A DNA stretch of 63,078 bases, filler included, from Asterionella formosa (lineage: Eukaryota): the NCBI GenBank assembly GCA_002256025.1. It is 11 parts of 11 records of this genome, joined end to end, with 100 filler letters (N's around TTAATTAATTAA, not from the genome) between each part and the next. Parts side by side here need not be neighbours in the genome. Positions count along the whole stretch, not along the records: positions 24,490 to 48,876 come from NKIB01002257.1; positions 48,977 to 50,461 come from NKIB01002267.1; positions 50,562 to 52,039 come from NKIB01002268.1; positions 52,140 to 53,617 come from NKIB01002269.1; positions 53,718 to 55,194 come from NKIB01002270.1; positions 55,295 to 56,771 come from NKIB01002271.1; positions 56,872 to 58,348 come from NKIB01002273.1; 4 more parts are not named here. One strand, given 5' to 3'. Below, in pieces: positions 45,165 through 57,250 of this stretch (positions are counted from its first letter, which is position 1; each line of letters opens with the position of its first letter). The notes under the pieces were generated by a model. It ran no database searches and was not told the origin of the DNA. It saw nothing but the letters and a program-made list of their open reading frames with translations. Made by a program: the position numbers and the translations under genes.

Positions 45165-46568
45165 ATGTCAGCGACTTCTAAGTATGGATCGCTATGGAAT
45201 CTCCTTGATGTTACTGACGAAGCATTGATTTATGACATGGAAACTTGCTTGAGAAGAGCTGGTTGCTACACTCTGGATGATCTTGCATTCATGTCAACCA
45301 AAGACGTTCAATTTCCTGTACAAGTCAAACCTGTTGTTAATAAGAAGTTTAAGACTATTTGCGAATACTACGCTTTGGGGTACTCCTTGAAAGAGCAAAC
45401 AACTATGCAAGAAGTGCTTCGAAAGCTGCATCCAAAGGCCCACCCGGTCGCTCCTCCTCCAATACCGCCTCCGATACAGAAAAAATCAACCCCTGTCATT
45501 GAAGCCATTGCTGTCCCTGTTCTGCCACCTCCTGTCCCGAAACCAAAACCATCATCGCAACCAGCCAAAAAGCGTTTGAATGTGGTTATTATCTGTGATT
45601 GTACGCCTGGTGGGCCCGGCTGGGAGCATTTGGATCACTTTGAAAAAATCAACGATGTCAAAGTGCACAGTATCATTCATCATGGGGATTGGATAGGTGA
45701 CGACCACGATGAATTGATTTTACGGTGCCGCCATAATAGCATTAAGCTGGAAACTAAAATTGACAATCTCAGAGTACCAAGGCCCTCGCTCTATGTGGTG
45801 GGAGCTCACCGGGTCCATGATTTGTTCAAACTTATGGACTTGTTCCAGCAACCGAGCGCTGTCCTGTTGGAGCTACCGGATGCCATTACGTGGAAGTCGT
45901 TGGAATCCTTAAATAATTGCGCTCAAAAAGGCCAGGTTCCTGTATACCTAAATCTGGGACGAGTTGTGGCCCCTTATGTTCAGAATACATTAGATGTGGC
46001 CTCCAAGCTTGAGCCCAATGTGAGCTGGTACGCCAGAGAAAATACTCCAGGGGCAGAGTTATCGAAGGTAATGGGTAAAGGCCGACTCCTCCACACAACT
46101 GCCCTTGAGGAACTCGTCATTGCTGTCATGTACTTCGGTGTCACAGTTCCGTCCATATGTCGCTTTCAAGTCAATCCGGCCTTGACCGAGAGAATGACAT
46201 CGCATACCGCAATTACCGACTACGTGCGCGCCGCCTTTCAAATGACGACTCTCAGTGGAGTCCGCCTTTCTATTCTGGCAGATCGGTGCGCTCGTAGTCG
46301 TTCCTATGTGGGCGCAGTCTGTGATGACGATGGAAGAGTTATTCAGCAATTTGATCATGTGCATGGGCACTGTGATCTCGTCATCAAGCGGCGCTTGACG
46401 AGGATGATCATGGATAACGAAACAGATGGGATTTTACCAACAATTCGCATTGGAGTGGAGGCATTGCGTTTGGCCGAGTATGCCGATACAATGCTGGCCA
46501 AGGCTATTGACCCACCGGTGGCAGAAAAGAAAAGTCTGCGAAGGCTATTCAAGAAAACAAATATTTGA
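45165..46568 (+). CDS. Divergent Gfo/Idh/MocA-like protein with an extra N-terminal domain and Pro-rich linker
   Basis: 467 aa. VVIICDC...GWEH Rossmann-like start, LLELPDA at the usual LEKP position, EELVIAV.YF and ADRC resemble Gfo/Idh/MocA segments. Family call tentative. Confidence 0.6.
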   Translation: MSATSKYGSLWNLLDVTDEALIYDMETCLRRAGCYTLDDLAFMSTKDVQFPVQVKPVVNKKFKTICEYYALGYSLKEQTTMQEVLRKLHPKAHPVAPPPIPPPIQKKSTPVIEAIAVPVLPPPVPKPKPSSQPAKKRLNVVIICDCTPGGPGWEHLDHFEKINDVKVHSIIHHGDWIGDDHDELILRCRHNSIKLETKIDNLRVPRPSLYVVGAHRVHDLFKLMDLFQQPSAVLLELPDAITWKSLESLNNCAQKGQVPVYLNLGRVVAPYVQNTLDVASKLEPNVSWYARENTPGAELSKVMGKGRLLHTTALEELVIAVMYFGVTVPSICRFQVNPALTERMTSHTAITDYVRAAFQMTTLSGVRLSILADRCARSRSYVGAVCDDDGRVIQQFDHVHGHCDLVIKRRLTRMIMDNETDGILPTIRIGVEALRLAEYADTMLAKAIDPPVAEKKSLRRLFKKTNI

Positions 46569-46798
46569 GTTCCTCTTGTCATCGTGTTGGGCACTTCGGA
46601 ACGCATGGTATGAAAACAGGGTTGCAAGTAAATTATAACTAACTATTATTGATACAATCAGAATATATCATGGCTCGACATTCCTTAGTTAAATGTGATT
46701 CACAATTGTAAGACGTGTCAAAGGTGATTATCCTTAGATATCTCAGCCCATGCCTCAAAAAGGCGCGGCATATTCATTCCGCTTTCGACCGTACACTA

Positions 46799-48044
46799 TC
46801 ATAGTAGCGGGAAGGATTTATGAGAAAAATAATGGAGAAGTTTTTCTTTCACTGTATCCGAGCAAAAGCAATGACCCACACTGTTTATTTGAATTTGTCT
46901 TAGCATCTCCTTGTCAATTCCCCATGACAACGCCAGTAACATGAGTTCCTTCGTTGGGTTTGTATTGAACACCCCAGAATCATCAGTGGAAATACTAAAA
47001 GGAAAGTCAATCTCAAGCCAATGTTGCAGTTGGGGATGCAGTTTTAGACCTTCCACGAGATGACCATGGAAATTTGTCGCTAGCCCTAACGTCATGACAT
47101 TGCTTGTCGGGCACAATTCGACCGGTATCCGCATGACATCAAGTTTTGGCCGCAAGGAGACTGGCAACAGCAATGCATGACCCAAGCGATCAGGCGCGAA
47201 ATCCAAAATTGCAGTGGCTTCATCAAAGGCCGTTTTGAGAGTTTCGTTGCATTCTCCGTTGCTCTCGCCGCATGGTACTTCGCCGCAATGAATGGTGAGC
47301 TTCAAGCCAGCATCACGGGCTCGTTGAAGGATGTCTTTGAAGTCTCGAAAATCGTTCTAGGCGTAAAGGGGATGAGACGCTGAACTCAAATTGGCCAAAT
47401 AATGTAGACTAGAAGGTACTCACCTTGGTTGGATTACCACCTAGATCCATTCCCACTACGAACTCATTGTCCTCTTTTTCAAATAATTCAATGGTGAGAT
47501 CAACGTTTTCTATTGCTTCGTCAATAGTGTTGGCTCTGTCGACACTAACCAGCAACCTAGGTATCATAGGAGGCCGAGAAATTATTTCTGATGCGACTTC
47601 CTGTTCGTACCGTTTGTTTTCATCCTCTGTAAACTCTGAAAAGACCTGCAAAATGGTTTCTACGTATTCTTTTTTCGTTGCCACTTCTGGTTTGTGTTGA
47701 TGGCGTTTCAAGCGCTTTGGCGTCGACCGGAGTTCTAAATAGCAAACGTATTGGAGCGCGAAGTCTTCAAGCGCTTCTCGAGTGATGCGTCTCAACGCTT
47801 CCAAGTTATTGACGCACTGGGATATTTCCACAAATACATGAAAGCAGTCATGGAGCGACCGAGGTTTGACATTGTGGAAGTGCCGCGAGTCATCATTGCA
47901 GTCATCTCCGAAATGATGCGAGGATAGCAGAATTTCTTGCTCTTCGGCCAAATCAAACAGAGTTGCTTCCCGGACACATCCATTTAAATGAGCATGCAGT
48001 TCAATCTTTGGGAGTACTCGAACGAACGAATCGAGAGTCGTCAT
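46799..48044 (-). CDS. Adenosine deaminase-like protein (ADAL/MAPDA type), 2 exons
   Basis: Exons 48044-47424 and 47356-46799. LPKIELHAHLNG, YLELRSTP, VVGMDLGGNPTK|NDF, TIHCGE, DRLGHA, ELCPTSN, STDDSGVF. Confidence 0.92.
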
Positions 48045-48231
48045 TGTTCAAAACACCGATTATTTATTCATACTCTATATTCGGTAACCCAGCACCAATG
48101 AACACACCAAATCCATCGATCGAAGTAAGCAGCATGACAGGTTGTTTGGATGGAGCAACAGTGTCAGCATGGGCAATTTTGTGACAAATGCCACTTCGTA
48201 TGTACTGCTGTTGCTTACCAATATATAGGAA

Positions 48232-48330
48232 GTACTGGTACCGGTTGTGTACGGTTACTTACTACCGGTACATACATACCGGTTGACCATTCACCTACCT
48301 GTAGTGCTCACTGGACCTACCGGGTATGCG
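48232..48330. repeat. TACCGG tract upstream of the deaminase gene
   Basis: GTACTGGTACCGG, CTACCGGTAC, TACCGG, CTACCGGGTA. Confidence 0.75.
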
Positions 48331-48976
48331 TGTAAAAATCTCACGTACATCCGAGGACTTGTGTGCACCATAGGTCGGTGATTTTATACTGCAGTTAACT
48401 GCGAGCCATTTTTTGGCTTCCAGCAGTATACCAGTTATACTTCTACTAACGTGAGGCAGTATGGTATTGGGGAGTCCCACCAGTTATTATTACAGTTACT
48501 TTATTCCAATCCAACAGTATACTGGTATACTGATACTGGTAAATATTACGTACAGTATACTGATCAAGAACAATGCGAGCAATGCGCCCGTACGCGAAAA
48601 TTGGGCCCTCCTAGGTTTACTTGATGATTATAAATTATCAAGATAGGGCTATGCTTAGCATGGTTAATCATACAAGACATAATGTAATCAGGTAATAGAA
48701 ATGTTGTCCTTTCGAAGATATTGATACTATCTTATATCATAATACCTTCTGGTGACCTGAAATTGGTGGTTGTCATATATTGTTAACAAGAAAACAATTG
48801 CTATTGATGCTATCATAATATATTCAAAAGTAGTTCCCCCAGTGAGTTAATCTGTAAATTATCTTGAAAAAGTCTCNNNNNNNNNNNNNNNNNNNNNNNN
48901 NNNNNNNNNNNNNNNNNNNNTTAATTAATTAANNNNNNNNNNNNNNNNNNNNNNNNNNNNNNNNNNNNNNNNNNNN

Positions 48977-49560
48977 TTAATGTGGCACGAAATATTTTTG
49001 TATTGACAACTGCCCGTGATTTCTTGGCCTACCTTGGTGATGATGCTACTGGCAACAAGTACTTGACCATATTTACACTGCTTATGCCAGCATCAGTTTT
49101 GGGACTTCCATGTGTTGATGTGGCAATAAAGCGATTTGGGTGGAATGCTGGGTTTCAACTGATTAATGTATTGGCAATTGCTCATGGGATAATTCAAGTG
49201 GCAAGTGACAATCTGAACGTTCAAGTGCTTGGCTTTATTATATTTTCGTGCTACCGCTGCTTCCTATTTACTGTGACATTTAGTTTTTTGCCGGTCTTTA
49301 TGGGTTCTGACGTGTTGGGCAAAGCTGCTGGACTCCTTATGTTTTTCGCGGGATTCAGTACTCTAATCAACATCCCCCTTGCGAATGTGGCTATTGATGT
49401 GTTCAATGGGAACTTCTTTTGGCCCAATTTATTTTACACCATCCTTATTATTCCATTTATCTATGTGGCATGGAAATTAGAAAATGGCTTACAAAGGGAA
49501 GGGGAGGCCAAAAATAAAGACATGGTCACTCCTGAATTACCACATGATGTTCGATTATAG
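48977..49560 (+). CDS. 3' fragment of an MFS transporter (SLC43/LAT3-like), allele A
   Basis: Open from the contig edge; six hydrophobic segments, LNVQVLGFIIFSCYRCFLF, DVLGKAAGL. Confidence 0.75.
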
Positions 49561-50281
49561 GAACATCAGAACTATCGTTCTATTGAGCCTCGAGTAGCTA
49601 TAAGTCTAATCCAACAGATATTTTACGAACAATACTCCGGGGTATCGGTTATAATAAAATATACGTATATACCGGTATGCAAACTTTGCCCTGAACTTAG
49701 TATGTACATACTGGCTGGGTTAGTTTTTTATACTACGACCGGTAGCACATTCTATTCAATGACAGCCAGGTACCGGTAGTCAGACATGCATGATGCATTC
49801 AAATATGATCGCTTAGCCTACCTGAAGTGTATGCTAAAAATTCATTTACCACTCCTTCCCGTCTCACGGGTACCTCTCACGTGGGTTTTTACATATTGTA
49901 CTACTACTGGTAGTAGTCTTATCTTTTGCTGCTACATAGCCTTTCGTGCTGGTTTTCACTATTGACCTTGTTACTTTGCCAATTTTCACTGTTTCTTAAT
50001 TATAAGATTCATAAAGTATTAAATTAAGTTTCAATCCATTCATCAAACTTTGAGAATTTGTTCTTCATATTCCCTTTTCGTTGATGTAAACCTTCTTCTG
50101 ATTGATCTAAAACATCAATCTCGTTAGCAAGGTTCTTAATATGGGAACGTACCACTTGACTCATTGGACTATAGTTGAGTCCACAGTCCTTGTGACTCGT
50201 TCTGTACAGCCATTGATCCTACAGTACCGGTAAGAATATATTCTTGACACTACCGGGTAGTAACATTGTACCAGGTACCTC

Positions 50282-50369
50282 CAAGTTGCGGTTATTTTGC
50301 TGAATCTAAAGATTTAGCTATCCTTTTGCCAGATTAAAATGTTAGTTAAAGCAAAATAACCGCAACTTG
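50282..50369. mobile_element. 88-bp MITE with perfect 20-bp TIRs
   Basis: CAAGTTGCGGTTATTTTGCT ... AGCAAAATAACCGCAACTTG; allelic copy at 59746-59833; related ends at 24744-24830 and 57637-57660. Confidence 0.85.
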
Positions 50370-52349
50370 CAGGTTTTTACATTACATAGGAAAGTATGAT
50401 GAAGTTGATGATCAAGAACAGCTGGTCGATCACTGCTGGGTCGGCAAGCAGGCAGCGGTACNNNNNNNNNNNNNNNNNNNNNNNNNNNNNNNNNNNNNNN
50501 NNNNNTTAATTAATTAANNNNNNNNNNNNNNNNNNNNNNNNNNNNNNNNNNNNNNNNNNNNTCCTGTCCGCCTCCACCAAGGGCGATTGATATCTATTAC
50601 GCTTGGTCCTTGCCTTGATATGTACTATAATTTTTAGTTTACATATCCTGTACCAGTCAATATAAGAGTTAACTCACTGGTAATGCATTGTATATAGTCT
50701 TTACCATATTAGCTAATAGTTTCATATTATATTGAAACCACAGATGAAATGAGAGTAGACTAGAGTTTATGACCACTATGAACTGCTTAGACAACCATAA
50801 CGGGGTAATCTTACATTTTGTACTACAAACTTTTTCAATTTTAGCTACCGGTACCCGACAATATTTACTATGAACAAGTCATTTGTTTCACGCATCTACA
50901 TATAGGATGTCTTAACGGCCCTTCGATGTTGTGTGCGTTCCAGTTCTTGAGATAAACGACCACGATAATGCTGAGTGAGGCAAATCGGAAGAAAAAAATT
51001 ACCTCGTTTAGCCGGGCCGACATTTTATATTCATATACGATACAATAATTAAAGTTTATAGCTTCTTTTAACGCTTTTCTCCAGGTGGATAATTATTGTG
51101 GAAAAATATATGAATGGCTTAAGACCACTAAAATACAAAATGAACGACTTAAAAAGTTCGATATCGTAAGATTTATACTTCAAATTGTTAAAATGATTCA
51201 TTTATCTAGTACTTGCATGCATTATTTTTGGTCGACCTCTATTCAAAGGGTATTAATTGAGGTCCGCTGAACATTTTTCTAATTTTAGTCCAAAAACGGG
51301 GAAATATATAACGTTAGTGCTCTAAAGCATTTTTTGACTTGTACATCCGGTCCGGATACCGGTATACGTAGTTAGGACTCGGAGTCAAACGAGTCAAACG
51401 ATTCGAATGAGTCAACTTTGATGTACCAAGCTCTCATCAACCACACATTATACTTTGTTACTCCGACTATAATGAGCCGGACAATATAAGCTATTTCGGA
51501 AGACCGATAGTTTGAAATGAATGATCATGGTTAAATACCTATGATCAGTAAGTATGAGATAGACATGGGTCTATCTATGATTGTATGTTCCTAGAAATGC
51601 AAACAGCATTTGGAGAATAGTTCGTTTGTTTTGTTCAAACAGAACAACCTAAACTAGATTAGTAAACTCACAATAAGAATATAGAAACGGAAAGAGAAAC
51701 GAACGTCTCTATCTATAGTCTTCTTTGTCTAACGATATAGATCTATACAAAAAGGTAATACTTTAACATACTGCCACACAAAGCTTACGCCGTGGTCTTT
51801 GCCGCTCCCAGTCCGCCCACGCGCAGTGGGTCGTATCAACCACCCACATCTACGTGGCTTCATTCTGACGGGAGGTACGGGAAACGCCGATCTTCCTCGG
51901 CACTATATAGCCTATACCATGTGGAAAATTCCTGAACTGTAATTGTGCACAGACCGCGCTGTTTACTTTCCAAACATGATCATGCTAAACGCTAGTGGCG
52001 CGCACTTCTTGAAAAGTACGCGCGACTGTCATTTCGTCANNNNNNNNNNNNNNNNNNNNNNNNNNNNNNNNNNNNNNNNNNNNTTAATTAATTAANNNNN
52101 NNNNNNNNNNNNNNNNNNNNNNNNNNNNNNNNNNNNNNNAAAAGGGTTACTATTTAAATTACGAGGGCATTTATCACAATTATTAGATGATATAACGAAA
52201 AATTATGATCAGATGATCATAATCCTATGATGCATCATGGAAATATGATGGTTTTTATTTGCAGACGCTGGCACCTCCTGTTGAGGTTGGATTTCTGCTT
52301 TGCATTGTTTGCTGCATTGAAATCTTGTTCAAAGCAATAATTGAATTCA

Positions 52350-53378
52350 TCATTCCTGAATGTGATCAGCACTGTCAGTGGAGGTGGTTGTTTGAGATAC
52401 ACCACGATTCAACAATAATGCCATGATTGACATCATCATCATCATGTTCTGTTGCTGTTGTTGTTGCTGCTGCTGCAGGTTATCAGTATCAGCCAGTTCG
52501 AGTAGCCTTGTGAAGCAACTGCATCGAAAGAAGAGAAAGCACGTTCTCAACAGGCACAGTATTGCTTGACACTGCCTCATCTCTAAATCTAGGGGACACG
52601 ACCATAGGTTGAGGAAATCTTGAACCAGAGAAATTAGTATAAGCGGCAGGTGTTGCTCCACCATTGTCTTCACTCTCCCCAGGAATCGCTATAAAATCAT
52701 CATCAACATTTGGCTCATCAATATTGGGCTCATTGTGCTCCCTCTCTATTCCAAGATCAGCGGATTCAATCTCAGCACTTGCATCTGCTTGTTGCTCGAT
52801 TCTTCGAAAAAATGGCATATCTCACGCACCTCAGCAGGGCATGTTGGGTCCCCAGTTGGTTTCTTAACTTTGTACAGCTGTGTAAACTTTTGGTGAAGTG
52901 AAGATCCTGTCCGTTCTTTGTCTCGGAAATTGTTGTGCTGTTTAGCAACAAATTCCCATTCATGGGAACCATTTGGCAGGTGAGTAGAAATGGCTTCCAG
53001 CAATGAGAGAATCTCATTGATCCTGAACTGTTGACACCAACTCTGCACGCTTTGGTGAGCCCTTGGAAACATTGGTGGTCGCCTGGCAGTTGACGTTCTT
53101 GCAACTGAACTAGAACAAGCCCGTGAAAAATCGTTGTTGTTCCTTGATGGGGAGGACTGAGTAATGCCAGAAACACCAATCTGAGAAACACCTGGGACAC
53201 CCACCCTACTGTCCTCATTGTTGCTGGCAAACTCATCAGCACCAGTGTCATCTTCCTTCTCGTCATCGTCCTCCTCCTCTTCTTCTGGTTGTGTCTGTTG
53301 TTGTTCGTGTTGGTGACTGCGATGTTCAAGTAGCCTGGCTGCTCTCCTTTGACCAGAAGAAGATGAAGACATGGTCAA
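52350..53378 (-). pseudogene. Myb/SANT-like (DUF6818-type) gene with frameshifts, probably transposon-associated
   Basis: EILSLLEAISTHLPNGSHEWEFVA..H...ERT..SL..KF..LY..KKPTGDPTCPAEVR; the coding-like continuation shifts through overlapping ORFs 52489-52818 and 52350-52673. Confidence 0.65.
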
Positions 53379-55559
53379 AGTCTAAAAGCAATGATGATCA
53401 ATGTATTGAGGAGGAGATTGATTGATATGTAACGATATGCATATGTATCATGAGCAAGCAAGTCTTGAAATATTCTGGGAAATTCTATATAGTCATTCAT
53501 GCCAAAACATCTTTTTATAAAATGCACTGTTATTTATAACTGTAAAAAAATTGTGTTTGTATTGGAGGTGCTTACCAGGTTTACCAAATTTGGTCAACAC
53601 AAACACAAATTTTGGGGNNNNNNNNNNNNNNNNNNNNNNNNNNNNNNNNNNNNNNNNNNNNTTAATTAATTAANNNNNNNNNNNNNNNNNNNNNNNNNNN
53701 NNNNNNNNNNNNNNNNNATTACTTAAAATGTAGCAGGCATACAAGCTAAACCCAATTATTTTCAGCATAGTATGTAAATGTCATTTATTAAGCGCCTAAG
53801 CTATTGCTGCTCTATTATCAGTAAGGGAGCTCTCATGGTGCTTCCTTGCATACCAAGCCTGAATTTCGTTGAAATGAGAAAAATTAACCCTAACACGCCT
53901 GGTATCAACCCAGCAAATGTGATGACGCTAGGTGCTTGTACGCGGGTAGGTGGTGGTGGATGCACTCTCTCGAGGAAGAGTCGGGGTAGTGTTTAATCGT
54001 GCTGTTGTGCTGTACTTTTCAGACTTCTGCCTCGTTTTTCAACGGATGAAGAAAGTTGTGAGCTGGGTTTGTGAGTGCAAAGGAGTTTGCGGCCACACTG
54101 TAGGTCTTGGCTGTTTGTCTTCTAAATGCCTTGGAATTGTTCTGTAAAATTGGAGTTGATTATGTTGACCTTGTTTGGCCAGAAGCGCCGACTCTTTGAA
54201 AAGAAATGCTGCTTTTTCTAAACACCTGCGTTTTATTCCTTGTCGTGCAGTCAGCAATTCCTGGAGGGTCTTAGAGAAAAAATGTGAATTCTTTTGTTGA
54301 TTGTGTGTTGCTGCTTTTACAACCTCTTGATTTTTTCATCATAGTCAGATTGAGATATGCTCGCGTTTGTTCCTTTGTGAAGGACCATATTTCTTTCTTG
54401 CCATGCCTCTATTATCAGCATAGTAGAGTCAACTAGTATATATTGCGTACATGTGTTAGTATATATTTCGGTATACCCTGGACTCTCGACCTTGTAACAG
54501 TTAAGGTATTCCGTTAGTCATTATTCATGGTCATTATGTCAGCAACAACTACAAAAAATGATGATAATTTGATGACAATCATCATGTTATCTTTCCCTCA
54601 TTTGTTATTGTATACTATTCAAATAGAATCGAATAGTTGCTAGTGTAGAGTAAACGATTTTGATTGTAACTACAACATTAATTTAGATGTTGCAGATACA
54701 GTAAAATCGGAAAACCGACAATATCTCAATTCCTTGTTGTCGCATTCAAAATGCGTCTTATTTGTACTCATGTGCCATTCTACAATGCAACATTGTCTAC
54801 TATAAGGGAACAGGCCCAAAACAAAAATTGATTTATAATTTACTATTCAATTGTTAAGAATAGCTAGTTGGATTGTCATTTTTTCGTCATATCATTGTTT
54901 CCTTCACCAGTCACCATACTCAGAGTACATTTTGATTGAGTCCACAATTGCGTGAAAAACTAACCGATTCCCGCATAGGAATCTTATTATCTTACTATCT
55001 CTTTATTTGTAACAGTGGTATAATTAAAAAAATGCATTTTTCACTATTTTTTGTCTTCCTGAGTTAGATTTGATAGTGGCTGAAAACATTCAAAAACCAT
55101 TAGAATTGCTTATTCATCCGTCTGTCTGACCGAAACCAAACACAACATTTTGTTTTTGGGTTTTGGTCCACAGTTAGTAGCACTGGGGGCCCAANNNNNN
55201 NNNNNNNNNNNNNNNNNNNNNNNNNNNNNNNNNNNNNNTTAATTAATTAANNNNNNNNNNNNNNNNNNNNNNNNNNNNNNNNNNNNNNNNNNNNACAAAC
55301 AAAAACGATTGCATGTGGAGTGATAAACCATGAACTCCACAAAGCGCAATGATTCATATTTTTGTTGATTAAGTCTGCCTTGGAAGAGCTCGTTAGATAT
55401 AGGAAGACTAATATAATGATAACTATTATAATCAGCACTACTACTAGTGCTTTTCTAAATTTATCATCCTTTAATATCTAGGTTACCTCCACATTATCAT
55501 CCTTTAATATCTAAGGTACCTCCACGTTTCACATTTTTGATTCGTCCAGAACCTTTATT

Positions 55560-56450
55560 CTTAATACTAGGCTTTGGATGCATTGTCTTTGGAAAGGTAG
55601 AAATAATTCCACGGTCAAATGCAAAAGCACATGCATGTTTACATCACGCGTTTGCTAAATACGATGTGTGACAATGGCAAGATATGAGGCCTTCATTGCC
55701 CATTGCTTTCAAGCTATTAATCGAAATGGGTCCCAATCCACACACTCCCAAATTTCCTAAAACGTTAATTAAAGCATCGTTTTCATTCTTGGAAACAATA
55801 GGTTCAATAAGGTGAATCCTGTGGGTGAGGGAAAGGACATCATCAAATGTGTGGTTAGCAGAATACTGTTCAGGATTTCGGAGAAGGCACTTGTACTCAT
55901 CATGGATTTTGTTCTTCTTTATCAATTGCATAACAGTTAGTGCAGTAACTGATTCTGTGTTCCCGATATAAAGATATCGCTTTCGAGATTGGGATAGTTG
56001 ACTGTGCTGTGATGAATGAAGTTAGCCGTTAAAGGCTTCCTGTGGTCGAAGAATGGTTTATCACCACTGTTGATGCCCTCTGAATTGTTGTTGTGTGCAA
56101 GCGAACCACCACGAAGTAGATTGTAACTGTTCAATTCAATTCTGGTGTGAATGGTGGGACCCCATTGTTTCAACCATGCAGTTGCAACTTTCTAAAATTT
56201 GTATGTGTTGATCCACTTGAAAATCATCGAATCGCAAAGGATTGGAACTAGCTGTATCAAGGGACTTCTTTTATACGCCTCGAAGTCTTCACCCATTCTC
56301 TTCTTGAATTTGTCAAATTTCTTGAACTTTCCTCTATGCTTCTTTACCTATGCATTCCAGGCATGATAAGAGCACATACCAAATGTAAATTTGGCATTTG
56401 GCCAAATCTTCTTGACAGCCTTGTGACAAGCTAAAGTATAATCAGTCAAT
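55560..56450 (-). pseudogene. Mutator-like (MULE) transposase relic with SWIM finger
   Basis: AVKKIWPNA...CSYHAW, NNNSEGIN and CHCHTSYLANA*CKHACA (SWIM CxC..CxH); stops and frameshifts. Confidence 0.7.
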
Positions 56451-56871
56451 CATCTGTAGTATGACAAAGTCTGGTGAGTCCGGTTCCCAGCACCAAAGAG
56501 TGTCGCCAAGGGGAAGAGGAAAATTGTCAGTGCGTGCTGGAGTGTTGCCTGCAGGTGACAATGGCAGGATCGAAAAGTTAATGGGATCTACCCCTTTTTC
56601 CCCAGAAGAGGAAGCACTATCATCTGACGAACTATCTCCTGAACTCTGCAAGATGCTATCATCTTCCTCAGAGGAGGATGAATTGTGAGATGAGTTGGAA
56701 GAACTAGACATTTCGTATTTGTGGAGCGACTTTTGACAAAAAGTAATTCATGGATACACACGACAATTCCANNNNNNNNNNNNNNNNNNNNNNNNNNNNN
56801 NNNNNNNNNNNNNNNTTAATTAATTAANNNNNNNNNNNNNNNNNNNNNNNNNNNNNNNNNNNNNNNNNNNN

Positions 56872-57250
56872 CCTCCTGCTTACCAGTAGCACTGGCAACA
56901 TTAAAAGGTGCATGTCTACCAAGAGTCGAGACATCACTGCTTTCCAGTCCTCGCGATGTGCTAACTTTCCAATTTCGTGCCATGCCTTGATGAGCTGTGT
57001 GAGCAAGCTTCTGCCCAAGTGTAGCCGATGTGAAAGGATCGAAAAATCCTTTGACCTGCAATGCTGTCGCCTGATGGGTCATTAGACGTTGTAGATCACA
57101 AGATAGCAGCCTCCTTTGCCGAATAATAACTTCGGCGTGGCATCCTGTGTCCATGGGAAGTCCACCGTAGCGCTTCCCGATCCATGCAAACAGCTGACGA
57201 AGGGCAGCGGCCGACTCAGCGGACCGAACACCTTTTCCACTACCATTCAT
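56872..57250 (-). CDS. 5' fragment of an uncharacterised protein, truncated by the contig end
   Basis: ATG-initiated open frame with coding-like composition running into the linker; no family recognised with confidence. Confidence 0.55.

Noticed and set aside
51775..51915. GC-richer island as a structured RNA or LTR
   Set aside because: No tRNA, snRNA or ribozyme consensus recognised and no second copy; an Rfam/Infernal scan would be needed.
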